The notes: generated by a model not told the origin, from the sequence alone. DNA of 64,000 bases from Laetmonice hystrix (GCA_965235115.1 OZ249436.1:28956001-29020000); one strand, 5' to 3'. Positions 52,001 to 64,000 are shown, numbered from the stretch's first letter. Program-made: numbers and translations.

Positions 52001-55000
52001 ACTTGTAAATGACCAATATTTTACTGTTTTATCATACAGTGTTCCACTTAACTCCTTAGAGCGCTAGTGTTACAATGTACATATATATATCAATATCATA
52101 CCTTTTAAATCCAAGTCACTCTCATTGTCTCCACTTATGTCAGAAAGTGAGGGAATCTTTCTATCCACTCCTCCACCAATACCTCCAATTCGTATTAATT
52201 GTTCTATTGGGTTAATCTCCATTTTTCCAATGGCAATCCTTGTATCTGAATAAATATGGAGCATTAAGGACATGAAATGCAACAACAACAACAGCAACAA
52301 AACCCATAATTACTTACAGTGCTAAGTACTGAAAGTTTCTTACAATCCCTAAACTCATTTAACCAGGTGGTGCTTGCGATTGTTTGTAGTATGCTCCTTA
52401 TACACTAGGTGGCGCCACTGCTTGCGAGTTTGCTCCCATCACCCCAGAGATCCTTTTGATCACAGCCATAGCAGAAAGCACAGCACAAGAACAGTCCAAT
52501 CATAAGTCCACACAAATGTGACTCTAAATTTTTTCACATGATAAGATTAAGAGCGAGATATCATATGGTACTTTGCACATACCAGTAGATAATATAGTAT
52601 AATATGGGCACAGACATTACTTTATACCTGGAAATGCACAGCTTTGCAGTCTCGCATAGCTTGGCTGGCACTAAATACAGCTACGTGTAGTACGAGTATG
52701 AAATGATAGCTATCATGAGAACATTTATATGGACATTTTTATGCCTAAAGTATAGTATAAGTATCAAAATATTATAAATTCTCAACACTTGCTCTTAATG
52801 AAATACGTCTTAGTAAAGTACATTTTCATGCTTTTGTGATCATTACCATTCATTTTTGTATTCCATCGCAGTCGAAAACCATTTGTGGTCAAGTAAAAGC
52901 TCTTCACATCGTCTGGCATCAAGCAGGAATATTTCTGGAACAATCCCGGCTCAGGTTATATGTCTCATAATGCACAATTCTACATGCCTTTTTTCACAAG
53001 TTATATAGCCTACATAAGTGGGTTTTTTAACCTTAAATTACATGGATGTGTTTTTCAGTTACAATAATTACCCTTAAGGGGATTTTGAACCTATCCCTTA
53101 TGTTTCAGTGGTTGTGCCCTTATGAGGTCACACATCGCTGCTCTTGCAAACAGCATAGCAGAAAACTGGTGCCTTTTAACTTGAGATACTAAATATCACG
53201 TTAGTTAATGTACCTGTTCCCATGATGTAAGCACATGTTTTTCAACTGGCTGTTTCTCTTCTAGTTTCACATCACAAATTCCTGGGCGCTTTTCTGCAAT
53301 AGCAAACATTTTTAAATTAAACGAACTTACCAAGTGAAGTTTGATGTTAATTCTACCGTTGGTCCTTCGCGAGACGTGGAGAGCATGTGAGATACGGTTC
53401 GGCGCGTTCGGGTCAATCGTTTAAAGGTACTGCAAGGAAACCCCCCAATAACACCCCCTACCACACGTATACCTCCCCGATACTTTCCTATTACGTAGCA
53501 CACTGGGTGGGGAGTGGTGGGACATGCTCTCCACGTCTCGCGAAGGACCAACGGTAGAATTAACATCAAACTTCACTTGGTAAGTTCGTTTAATTTAAAA
53601 TTCTACCTTGTGGCCTTCGCGAGACGCGAGAGCATGTGAGATTTTAAAGCGGGTTTCCTTGCAGGCCTTGCCAAGCAAGAAAAAAGTCACCTTCCTCGGG
53701 TGTTTTTTACGCACAGTGATGTGCATTTTGCAACCATCTGTGACCTAATGAAACTGCTCTGTTGACAATTAGCTTGTTAATGTTTCGCAAACTTTCCTAA
53801 GCTGTCCACGACGCCCTCTTCAAAAGATCTCCACAGGCACCTTTATGACAGTACCTTGGAAGTTGAGGGGCTAACGTACTGCGGCTCTTATACACCCCAA
53901 AGACCTGACTCATCACTTTTTAACCAGGGCGAAAAGGTATCCCTGGACACCCTCCGGTGAAGAGGAATAAATGACACAACAAAATTGTGTTCCCTCGTAG
54001 TGCACGAGGTTCTGTGGATTTACATATTCCCGTAACCCAACCACAGGGAATAACTTAGTTTATGTGTAAAAAGACTTGAGGTAATCTCCATCGTGTCAAA
54101 CGTAATCCCGTGTCTATTATGTTCACACAAGATTCTCATCTTGAAAAAAGGTCAGGATCCCCTGAATCTAATGCTTATTAATAATATCTGGTAATCATAA
54201 CGCCTGACCACGCTGACCCGTTACCCGGGCTAGCAAAATTAATACGGGTACCTTAAGAGTGAAATTCCTAAATAAGACTTTTCCGATTCTTTGGCCAATC
54301 CAAAAAACGTTTCAAAAAAAAAAACCAAGTTGACGTCCGAGGCTTTCTCGTACTTTGATATGGGAAGCCGGTTCTCGTCGTAGTATCCCTTCATGAACCG
54401 ACCTATTTCAGTTAGTAGTCCTCATAGTAGTTCCATGTGGCCATTGTATACCTTCTGATAAAGCACTCCTGACTATTAATACCACTGTATTTGAGTCTTT
54501 CTTTACACAATGTGGACACACATTTTAACAATGACTCCACGCTTCCTGTTCGTGGATCCTCCTCCTTACTTCTACAAAACCTTAACCACCTACATTTATC
54601 TAAATGACCAGCACACGGCTTCCTAATGTTGAATCTCCAAGACCTCCACATAATATTCACCACTTTCCTCCGATGAGGTGTTCCTAGGCTTTCTTCAAGA
54701 AAGGACACACCATCAGACAGACCTACTGTTAACTATTTCCGTTCTTTTCTGGAACAGGTCTGAACGAGATATTATTTGTCTTCTTTAGTGCCCACAGTGC
54801 ATCCGCTGCTGCATTTTGCCTGTTTGAAGAAGGCGTGGCCCCGCCTGTTCGGAGCTATCAAGATCGTTTTGGGTACTATTCTTTGTGAATTTTGTAGGGT
54901 CTAACGTCTTGGACATCAGGGTGAAAGGCATAAATAACCCAATCACACCACTTAAAATGAAAAACACCATTCTAGAAGCCCCCGGTCTGGACGCCAAACT

Positions 55001-58000
55001 GACATGTTACTTTAACTTCTATTTAATCTGGATGCCAAACGGTCTATTTTGGCCTTTCTGAACCCACAACAAATGGCTTCAAAAATTTGTCCCCGGGAAG
55101 CATCCACTTGGTATTTTCAGTAAAAAGTCGACTCTGAAAGTCTACTTAAGTGTTCTTAGAGCCCGGAATGTGCTCGTGATTCAAATACTTTTATTCTGAC
55201 ACCAGTCCCAAATTAACATTGCCAACTCATTACAATCTGATTTAGTTCCTCCGATGTTATTATTCAGGCGACTGCTGTTGTATTGTCTCCCAGAATCTTA
55301 ATGTATATGTTTCGGTTGCCATCAATAAACGGTCTGAAACTTTACTACATTGCGCATTATTCAAGCACATTTAATTGGGATGCGCTTCTTAACTTCAGTT
55401 CTGGTACGGAAAGCCGAATTCTACGTTCACCATGAACTACACGGACCTTCCACCACAGCACGTCTTCCATCGTTAATGGTGTAAGGCACACTGTGCCCTC
55501 AACGTATCCGCCAAGCAATGTTAGGCATTTCCAGTCTTGTGTAGGGAGCCTTACTATAATCTAAACTTTTTATTAGGTCTACCATTACCCCTAATCAACT
55601 GCGCCAGCTGACGCACCGTCAAGCTGTCCCTGTTCTCTACCTGTTATAAGTTTTAACACTTTCAGTAATTCATTGTCCGTCCTTTTTACTGAATCAATAC
55701 TGGATCAATCTGATCCGTTGTTGGCTTCAGTATAGACTTCTACCCACTGACGCAAAACCGCAGGAACTTTGCACACTTCCCTCCTCTGCTTGCGGCAATT
55801 AAGGGAATCGTCGATTAAAGTCTAAGCAAATAACACCACTCTCCCTCGCAGAGGCGAAGATTTGGCACCAACACTTCACTAACCATTCTCGGGTAAGAGG
55901 ATAGCCTGAAAGGTCGAACTTTAAGTTAAACTTGTACACCAGTCTGTCTCACACACTAAACTTTAACCGGTTCGTATTGGCAGTCAACAAAGAGATGGTG
56001 TAATAAGCTTTAGAGAGATCTATGGAGCCTAGCCACACTTCTTCTCTCAACACCTCAAGAGCCTGCTGCCGCGACGCCATGTTAAAATGTTTGTATTCAC
56101 AACTCCTTAAATCAAGACACATGTAAAATCGACCTATGTAAGCCATCTTCTTCCCGGTAACAAAAGGATGTTGGAAATGAAATCATCTTAAGATTTCATG
56201 CACTTCTCGACAACGGCTTTAACCCCAAACAGGCCACTTTCTTGTCGACTAGCCCTTTCTTCGACAAACTAATATTGTACTCCTTTGGGGCTCTTTCTTC
56301 GACAAACTACATATTCCTTTGTGACTATCTCCTGACTAGATGTACGGCCAGATTGATCTTTCCTCCTGACACATATTGGATCATGCACAGATCGAACACA
56401 TGCCGACGCCAGGCACTCAGATACATGTATTTACGTGCCACATGTGAACCGACATGACGACGTCCGTCATAGTCTTCAGGTGACGAGTCGTCTTCTCATT
56501 AATATTGTCAACGTTCGTCAGGTCCCACACATCCGTGCACACGGCCGAGATAGCTACCTCTAACGTCTCTTGCTGCTTCTGCAGATTGACGTCCGATGTC
56601 TTCCGAGTTATCGACAAAGCATCCAACACAATCTTGCTCGGCCTAGGGACACTGAGATGGGGCACGTTACCCGGACAAGGCACGAACCCGCATGTTCGTC
56701 CGCTTTTTTAGCTTTCAGTGGATTGCTACACCAGCTGTAGTTGAGTGCGTTTTGGAGCACCTTGCATAATGTCCTCCAGCGCGTCAGGACCCACGGGGCG
56801 TCCCCTACCAACTGCGCCATCAGTGAAATCCAGATTCCTGACCTGGACCCTGAATACTGAAACTGGCTATTGTTTCTGGACATGGAGAACTCTTGTCATC
56901 TTTACCGCGGCCAGCAATGATGTGTTGCGGGGCACCTCCTCATAAAAGCCATTATCATCTGCATAATTCTCTACTACGTCTCCTGTAGCATCATTCTACT
57001 GACTTGGTTAGCAAGGATTCATCATATCCTATCTGCTGGTGATCCTTTCATTCATTGACTCGAAAACTGACCCAGGTTAACTAACTTGGCAGACAGTTTG
57101 GCAGTCAAACTCTCAACTGACGCGGTCGCCTTACCGAGGAAGGCCAACAGTGATGCGTCTGTCCCAGCCTAAGATGCTTCTCGCATATCGCTGGCCTCCT
57201 TCCTGTCACACTCACTCTTCTGAGTCTTTGACAATGGCAATCTGAACCTCAGTAACAAGGCTATCTGTAAAGTTAGTCGGCTAGAAAATCCTGGAGTTTT
57301 TCCCTGGGTACAATTGCATTGTCCCATGACTCAAAAGTAATTCTTGTTACTTTTCCCTCTTTTTAGGAGCAAGTTATTTTAATGATAAACTGCGACTTCC
57401 AGTTGCAAAGCGCTTAAGCGGCATGATTAATGCCTACAGGAAAATAGGCTCCATTTTTACAAACTAGAGCTTTTTATTATTTGTCTGGACTTTTCCAGGA
57501 ATTTCCAGAACTGGAAAACGTATTTTCTATTTTCCAGGAATTATCGGGAGTCTGTGAACCCTGTCACACCCAAACTTCTGCTTCCTGGCTGGTATCTTAA
57601 ATACATAATGGCCAAATTCGCAAAGAGTCTAACCAGTGGCAGTCTAGCCGTGACTGACCAATGCGGACATGTATGCACCTGTTGGTTCTCCGAGCCTTGC
57701 CGTCGCCCCTGGCAACCGACCTTGACCACAGCAAGGCCCAGCACGTCCACACACAGGCAGGGGCCATATACGCCCCGCACCGGTAGCACCTGAGACTGCC
57801 ACCGCTGACCATTCACCGGGCCCACTCAGGCGTGCACTCAAGCCTATTGTTATGTGCATGGTCTAAAACATAGCCTTTACTTCCAGCCCTGAATTCAACT
57901 TGCAACCCTCACTAGGTCTTTGCTCCCACTCTCTATGTGGTTTAATTATTGGCCAGATTCACTCATACAGTATTTACTCAAACAGGGTAGTTACTCATGC

Positions 58001-60921
58001 AGAGTTTGTATAAATGGTCCCGACATTTACTCTCGCAACAGGATCTCTATCCTGCTGCACACAACGTGTACCCCATTCTCGAAGGTAGCATGTGTTTGAG
58101 AGACGAGTGCTCTGCCAGCCACCCGTTTGAGTCATGTCCCTGATCCCCGATCAAGACATTTTTCTCTCGCAACAGGATCTCTATCCTGTTGCACACAACG
58201 TCTACCCCATTCTCGAAGGTAGCATGTGTTTGAGAGACGAGTGCTCTGCCAGCCACCCGTTTGAGTCATGTCCCTGATCACTCACTGATCAAGACATTTT
58301 CTCTCGCAACAGGATCTCTATCCTGTTGCACACAACGTCTACCCCATTCTCGAAAGTAGCATGTGTTTGAGAGACGAGTGCTAAGCCAGCCACCCGTTTG
58401 ACTCTTGTCCAGTTCTCTAACTAGGACATTTTCCCTCGCAACAGGATACCTGAACTGTTGCACACAAAGTCTACCCCCACAGGATAGCATGTGTTTGAGG
58501 GACGAGTGTAATGTCAGCCACTCGTTGAGTGTACAGAGCAGTGGTCACCCACGTCTGACCCTCACGAAACCAAACGCTGAATTGACCCGAACGCGCCGAA
58601 CCGTATCTCACATGCTCTCGCGTCTCGCGAGGGCCACAAGGTAGAATTTGAGATGATTGTAATGTTGCTGCTGAAATAATAATCAATAAAATGTTATAAA
58701 GGTTGGGAAAAATCGTGTTTAAAAATAAAATCAGATTTAAACAATTTGAATCAGATTTTTGCAACAAAATTTTTTATAGGGGTTTAAAGGTGTATAAAGG
58801 CATGCACTTCAAGAATCACAAGATGGTTCTGTCCAACCCAAACGATATCATTTGAACTTATTTAACAAGGAAATGGCCTGATACCCGGCGAGTACCTCAT
58901 AATAACCGATAATTTTGGACACCTTTGCCTCACGAATTATGGTGGCTCGCCTAAAGCCTGACTGTTTACAACCCGACTGCGAAAACAGCACATATAATTT
59001 TGTGCATTTTCACGCTCTCACCCCACAAGGAAGGAGGGGGAGGATTCCCCAACATGTGCTTGTAATGTAAACAGACATTCGTCTGCGTTTCTTGCTGCAA
59101 CAGTTGAACAGGCAACATGCCACGCACAAAATGCAGGAAACGTGAAGGAGATATTAGTACATCTCAGGGTAAAATCTTTATCGGCGATGCATTTGAGCGA
59201 TGGGCGCATTGACGGGAATTGTTGTAGTTGAGACCCAATGACAGTGCACGACTGACGAATTCATGTTAATATTTTCAGAAAAATATCACCGAGGGTTTAT
59301 TATTGCTTCCAGTTGATATTTTTTGCGGGTCATCTCTGGTCATCTCTGACTCTGGTCATCGGTATAATAATTAAGGGTGACCCTTTTTGGGTCGATCTAC
59401 TATGTATACAGACATGGAGGACATTTCCTAGAGGTTGCAGCTACAATAATACAGCCTTACTAGTTATTTACACTTATTACGCTACAGAATCGGGCTTCTG
59501 TCAAGGCTCCTGTGATCCTACTACACTATTGCAGGGTGTCAAGTGCCAATGACCCTCAAAAAAATAGGAAAATAGGAATGTGCTGTGCCAAAAAATAGGA
59601 ATAAAATAGGAATAGCAAACAGAAAATATATGAAAAATAGGAATTTTTTTCATAGTCACTCTCGACTTAAATAAACATGTAATCTTTTTTGATTATTTTT
59701 TTGAGATTCTAAAGCTTAAGTCCTTGTAAAAGATGTCCAGCCACGAGGTGGTCTTCATGTTGGTACCATTTATTGAAACTCACGCAATTTTACAGTTTAT
59801 AAAATTCAACAAGACATATTTTAGGGATACTGCCCCAAAAATAGGAAGTTTACTCAAAAAATAAGAAAAATAGGAATGATGCCGAAAAATAGGAAAAAAT
59901 AGGAACTTGACACCCTGCTATTGACTACGTTAGTCGATCATAGACTCGATCATCATAGTCATAGACACAGGCCTAACGTGTTACATGTCTAACTCTCACT
60001 CTGTGTGCGAGTCTGTCTGTGTCTGCAGGGACATCCCCGGGACATCCCTGATTTGGGGACATCCCCACTCAAAGTGTTCCACTAACATGTCCCTCCCTGG
60101 GGACATCCCCAATTCAGGCAATGTTAATTTCGAGAACATTTTAGTGAAACGGGATGTCTCTGAATCGTGGATGTCCCCACTTGGGGATGGCCTCGCTTAT
60201 TGAAACGGGCCCCTGGCGCCTCGACGCTATTAGCGCCTGGTCCCAAGTAAAAAGCCCCTGGCCTCCCCTATTTCCATCTAGTGTCCTTCGCTATATAAAG
60301 CGCCAGGTCCCTTCCTGTTTCAAGACATTCAATTCTTACCACATGAACCTGCACAGAAAACCGGGCAGAAAGCCTACCAAGACCACTGATCAGTCCTGTG
60401 GGTGCGTTTCAACCAGGTGTGAGGTTTTTATTCGCTCTCCCCCCATCCAGACTGCACTAGTCCAAAAGATATCTTTGGCAAAGAAATCTTTGGCAAAGAT
60501 ATCTTTTGATATTGATAGAGATATTGTCTCTGACTGAGGTCTATCTATGTCTATGACTATGACAATACATGTATACTCACATAGCCTCAGGCAGAATAAG
60601 AAGCTGTTGGGTATTAAAAATGCGATATTAACGGTTCACTTTCTTCATATAAATCCTGTGATTTCCTATTGTTCATTGGCATTGTTATCTGACCCATGTG
60701 CCCCAGGTCCCTGGAGAATAGCCCCTGGTCCCACCCTTTTCCCATCTACCCAGGCCAGGGGCTAAAATAAGCCCCAGGTTGGGAGGTGCTGTGGTGGTGG
60801 TGTGGAGTGTGGGCTGTGCCTGTGGCTGTGCTGCCTGATCCCAGCCATACTCACCTAGGCTTTTTACGATGCCAAGCGTCAGTCTGCTGAAAAGAACACC
60901 GTCAAAAGATTCTGTTGACAT
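46053..60921 (-). CDS. TPGS2: Tubulin polyglutamylase complex subunit 2, 9 coding exons, about 299 aa
   Basis: Exons 60921-60855, 53293-53214, 52934-52847, 52245-52102, 51237-51136, 47147-46984, 46755-46628, 46420-46364 and 46122-46053 join in phase (900 nt). RLTLGIVKSLEKRPGICDV, SWEQKYSCLMPDDVKSFYLTTNGF, FDHRSRIFELDPCDGYGKVCLVY and EIWFLDRSVQWHQLASDFLSYYRLMLMHLGLPHWQYAFT...QAKQWFNMY match TPGS2. The last two exons are less certain. Confidence 0.92.
47340..47425. repeat. Perfect 43-bp tandem duplication
   Basis: CTGGGTGCAGCATCGAAGTCCTTACATATCTATCGTCTTATAG occurs twice in succession. Confidence 0.9.
48416..49010. mobile_element. TTAA-flanked foldback MITE with long (about 120 bp) TIRs
   Basis: TTAAGGACAAGTGCTAGTGTGAGGCCAAAAATTT...CAGATAAACAGAGTATGTTGTCCTCTTTCAAAATTCAGCA is mirrored at about 48890-49010. 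Confidence 0.85.
49007..49455. mobile_element. Second TTAA-flanked foldback MITE; a related end lies at about 4312-4400
   Basis: CTCATTTCAATGACTCCAAAATGCAGACGTGGGCTGTT / AACAGCCCACGTCTGCATTTCAGAGTCATTGAAATGAG. Nearly the whole element is palindromic. Confidence 0.8.
49452..49848. mobile_element. piggyBac-like remnant with an internal 34-bp tandem repeat
   Basis: Starts TTAA|CCCATTAAGGACGG. GATGCC(T/C)TGAGGCATTCCCGGGCGGGGGCCGGAT repeats about 2.5 times. The right end is uncertain. Confidence 0.5.
53310..58649 (-). mobile_element. Full-length DIRS-type tyrosine-recombinase retrotransposon with decayed gag, RT/RNase H/MT and YR ORFs
   Basis: Inverted termini at about 58575-58649 and 53310-53417, plus an internal complementary region at 53523-53642 that matches both ends. 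Minus-strand remnants in DIRS order: gag-like (PRPSKIVLDALSITRKTSDVNLQKQQE), RT (WLGSIDLSKAYYTI; IDDSL), RNase H (ILGDNTTAVA), MT-like (IDRLASRLN), YR (GRFMKGYY..., TLKVPVLILLARVTGQRGQAL, VSRDTFSPWLK, ILKRASW). Confidence 0.9.
58022..58525. repeat. Tandem array of about 3.7 copies of a 132-138 bp unit in the DIRS 5' region
   Basis: The unit GACATTT...CTCGCAACAGGATCTCTATCCTG...GTAGCATGTGTTTGAGAGACGAGTG recurs at about 58022, 58155, 58293 and 58425. Confidence 0.9.
59532..59917. mobile_element. CAG-terminal MITE with 6-bp TSD (hAT-like)
   Basis: CTATTG|CAGGGTGTCAAGT ... ACTTGACACCCTG|CTATTG, with subterminal AAAATAGGAA repeats. Confidence 0.8.
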
Positions 60922-61849
60922 TCTCTTTCTCAATATAGCCTAGATCTATTCTAAAATTACGTGCATCAACACTTTCATAGCTGGTCAGGGATGCCTATCC
61001 CTGGCCTTGGTCTCTGCTGATGGGCATAGGCCTAGTCATGGTGGTTTCCACCCAAACAAATGACTTTCACTCCTTCTACTCAGAAGAGCTTCTCACATGT
61101 GTGGGGTTTGCTTCACGCCTCGGCCTTGCCCCCACGAAACTCCCAAATTGTGTTGGCCCATTGTGTTTTGTCATCTATTTTATTTGAAGTTACCATTATG
61201 CAGCCGATTAACCATAATGTAATATATCCTCACATACTCTGAAGAGCACCAAAAGCTAACCTAAAACAGCTTTTTACTTTTAAACTTCCCGCTTGATGTT
61301 CCTCCCAGCTACAGATGCGCTAGAGCCTATTTACTATAGGCAGTAGTCCATCAACGGACCCACCAACGGCAAAGCCTGGGTAGGTCCATAAGGCAGTAGC
61401 TGTAGCAGAGCGCGGATTGGCTGTTCTATATATAGGAAAGTTCACCGTGACGTCATTTACAGGGATTCCCCCGACTCGGCCCCAGCCAGGGACTGGCAGA
61501 AAGCATGCTTGCTAGCAGAGTGTAGAACTGTAGAACACTCACAACAATATTGGAAAAATATAATTATTAATATAGCAATGTGAAAGCATGACGGTCGCGA
61601 AGTTGCAGTGTCGACGGCGATGTAAACACCGCGACTAGCGACGGTACCCCTCGATCCCCTCACTCAACCTGGCCATGCATTGCAGGCTACACACACAGTG
61701 TCAGGGCCAGGCCAGGCCGGGCGTCGTGGCTTTCTGGCCGGGTGTGTAGGCTACCAGTGTCCGTCAGAGTGTCCGTTGAGGTTGAACTGACAAGCGTGTT
61801 TATCTGGTGTGGCGGAGCCGGGCAGATCCCTGTGAGCAGCGTTCCCGCG

Positions 61850-61960
61850 TTTCGACTGGTCCTCAGCTCTCTTGGTAAGAGGTCGGGGACCAGTCTCAGT
61901 GTGCACATGCGCACAACCACTTCCGTCGGGAATTCCGTACAAAATGGCGTCTGAAAAATG
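61850..61960. promoter_or_regulatory. CpG-rich promoter-like region upstream of TPGS2, possibly bidirectional
   Basis: NRF1-like GTGCACATGCGCA, ETS-like ACTTCCG and YY1-like CAAAATGGCG cluster within about 50 bp, about 1 kb upstream of the TPGS2 ATG. Confidence 0.5.
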
Positions 61961-63032
61961 GTGCTGCATTACAGTCCCACTTTGCGCACAGCGAGTGGAC
62001 TGTTTCCGGTCTATATAGGCAGGTGCCCAAGCTTTGTGCGAAAGAAAATAGTTTTAATTGATGCACTTTGATTTTTATTCTCCGATTAGCAGCATTCATT
62101 TAAAATGTTGGTATACTCCTGACACCATTGATTGAATTTATAAAAATGATCTAATTCAATCGGTAAAAGGAGAGTCAGTCGTTGAGTCTATCCTAATGCG
62201 CAAAGAATGCGTATTGATTCATTATTCCGGACCTACTTGCAAAATGGTGAGAAATGGAAATGTAATGCACAATGTGACAGACAACAAGGAATTGGATCTG
62301 TGATTACCTCAAACTAAAGGTCGCACCTTTATTTTTACATTGCTGAATAAGGTATGTAAACGTTCCTAATGCTGGTTTTATACAATTTAAATGTATACAT
62401 GATCTAATTATGCGAGAATTCCCTTGTAGTTTGGAGAGACCTTGCCATGCCCATGGCCAGTCTCAGTGCACAGTGGTTCGTCTCAGTCAGTCTGTGCCTG
62501 TGAAGCCATCGGTAGGATGGCCTGTCAGACGTCTCGTGATGCACACTGAACTGCACACTTCCTTCGTCGTTTCTTGTTGTTGTTGTCTTCCAGGCAATGG
62601 GAGTGCTGTGCACCCTGAACATTTGGTTTGGAGTTGATGTTTTTTACCCAGGTTTTATATCTATGTTCCCAGGTCAATATTTTACGGAATATGATCATGA
62701 TGGACATCATGGTGGTAAAAACCTGGTTTATTATACTTTATCAATTAAAATTAAATCATGTAAATTAATGACAACAACGTGATGACAAATGTCAATGGAG
62801 TAGAACCTAACTAGGCCATCCAAGGCTAAGCAATGCCAATCTGGGGTACGTTCCTCATCTATCGTTATCCTGTTGTGAACTTGTGTGTTAACGATACAAC
62901 AAGCTAAAGACATGATGAGGAACACCCCCCTGCCCTGTTAATCTCAAAATACAAAATTAACCTAATAGAACTACTCTTCGCAGGCCTGATCTAAGACTTA
63001 ATTATTAATTAAAAATCGTTCTCGTGAGTCTG

Positions 63033-63302
63033 CAGGGTTTCCGCCAGAGGGTAAAATGGGTAAAATTCCGTACCCTAAAAATCGTTGGGTAACCATTTTT
63101 CCATGAAGTGACAAAAACCTCCTGATGATGCCTTGAGCAACTTGAAGGAATCAAATATAATGTTGTACAGTAGGCCTATATGCAGTCTTTATTTGATTAA
63201 TTCACATATTTGAAACAACAGTTATGGTTAGGGTTAGGCTAACCCTGACCCTAACCCCTCCTCTGGTCCGTACCCTAAATTTTTTTTCTGGCGGAAACCC
63301 TG
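63033..63302. mobile_element. CAG-terminal MITE with imperfect 5-bp TSD
   Basis: GTCTG|CAGGGTTTCCGCCAGA ... TCTGGCGGAAACCCTG|GTCTC. Confidence 0.75.
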
Positions 63303-63694
63303 GTCTCGCTTGCGTAACCCGTAGTGCAGTTATGTGAAATTTGCTTGCATAACAGAAAGGTTACACAAATCGGTTACCTTGACAGACTCGTAATGAATGT
63401 CTCCTGTGTGTCACATATCCACCAGAGCGTGTTGAGAAACAAATCACCCCAGAACAGCAACTAGGTGGCGTCGCAGACGGTCAAGCTGCCGTTTTAACAA
63501 AAAAAAACCGGGCAAAGTCAACTTACCAGTATATAGACCTCATTGACAAGTGGTGAGACCTGGCCGAAGGTTTGGTACTCAATTAAACACGTATTTCTTT
63601 CATAGTGTGGACAGATTTTCAGGGCGGCATCAATTCACTAGCACCCCCTGGTGCACTATGGTGCGCTATGTCGGCAAGTGAGCCTTCAGATTGA

Positions 63695-63838
63695 AGTTAC
63701 CTGGGCCCGGTTTACAAACAAAGTCAAGTGAATTTTAATTAACTTGAAATCTATTTTAACCAATCAGATTCAAGTAAAATTGACTTCAAGTCAATTAAAA
63801 TTGACTTGACTTTGTTTGTGAACCGGGCCCAGGTAACT
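63695..63838. repeat. Palindromic MITE (Harbinger-like ends)
   Basis: AGTTACCTGGGCCCGGTTTACAAACAAAGTCAAGT... / ...ACTTGACTTTGTTTGTGAACCGGGCCCAGGTAACT; arms about 60 bp. Confidence 0.8.
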
Positions 63839-64000
63839 CAGGGGCTTATGCGACGTAAGTTATGTGACTTATGTCGGATGATTTCATTCATATACAGGTG
63901 GCCACCCAAAACAGTGAGTAGGCTTCAGAGCAAGCCTCCAATGTGAATGCGGGGTTAACTACTGTCTTATCCAATTAATATCAATTTAGGCCTATACATT

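Noticed and set aside
58022..58525. Regularly spaced repeats that might suggest a CRISPR array
   Set aside because: Whole units repeat with no unique spacers, the context is eukaryotic, and there are no cas genes.
61945..62640. KIAA1328/hinderin as the head-to-head partner of TPGS2, as in human
   Set aside because: No hinderin-like N-terminal peptide is recognisable in the plus-strand frames within the window.
63226..63258. TTAGGG/CCCTAA telomere-like motifs (also CTAACCTAA at about 61256) as a telomere or telomerase RNA template
   Set aside because: Only 2-3 units, inside a MITE; no supporting pseudoknot or H/ACA architecture seen.

Overview
Intron-rich eukaryotic DNA from an invertebrate animal (probably a marine lophotrochozoan; the taxon is inferred, not certain). 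Four spliced protein-coding genes can be rebuilt exon by exon with consistent phases. (1) A 3-exon gene on the minus strand for a membrane-anchored SRPBCC/START-like protein with an acidic tail (2887-6236). (2) GBA2, the non-lysosomal glucosylceramidase (minus strand, 16 exons, one GC-AG intron, 11872-26506). (3) RGP1, the RIC1-RGP1 Rab6 GEF subunit (plus strand, 8 coding exons, 30643-41923), head-to-head with GBA2 as in human. (4) TPGS2, tubulin polyglutamylase subunit 2 (minus strand, 9 coding exons, 46053-60921). The first TPGS2 coding intron holds a full-length 5.3-kb DIRS-type retrotransposon. Its ORFs are badly decayed but its termini and internal complementary region are almost perfect, and it sits 14 nt from a 3' splice site. 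Introns and spacers carry many non-autonomous DNA transposons (TTAA-targeting, Harbinger-like, Tc1/mariner-like, Sola2-like, and CAG-terminal elements with 5- or 6-bp TSDs), a tRNA-derived SINE split by a transposon, and tandem arrays. Most entries in the supplied ORF track are spurious or single-exon fragments. All family assignments come from recalled motifs, not from database searches.
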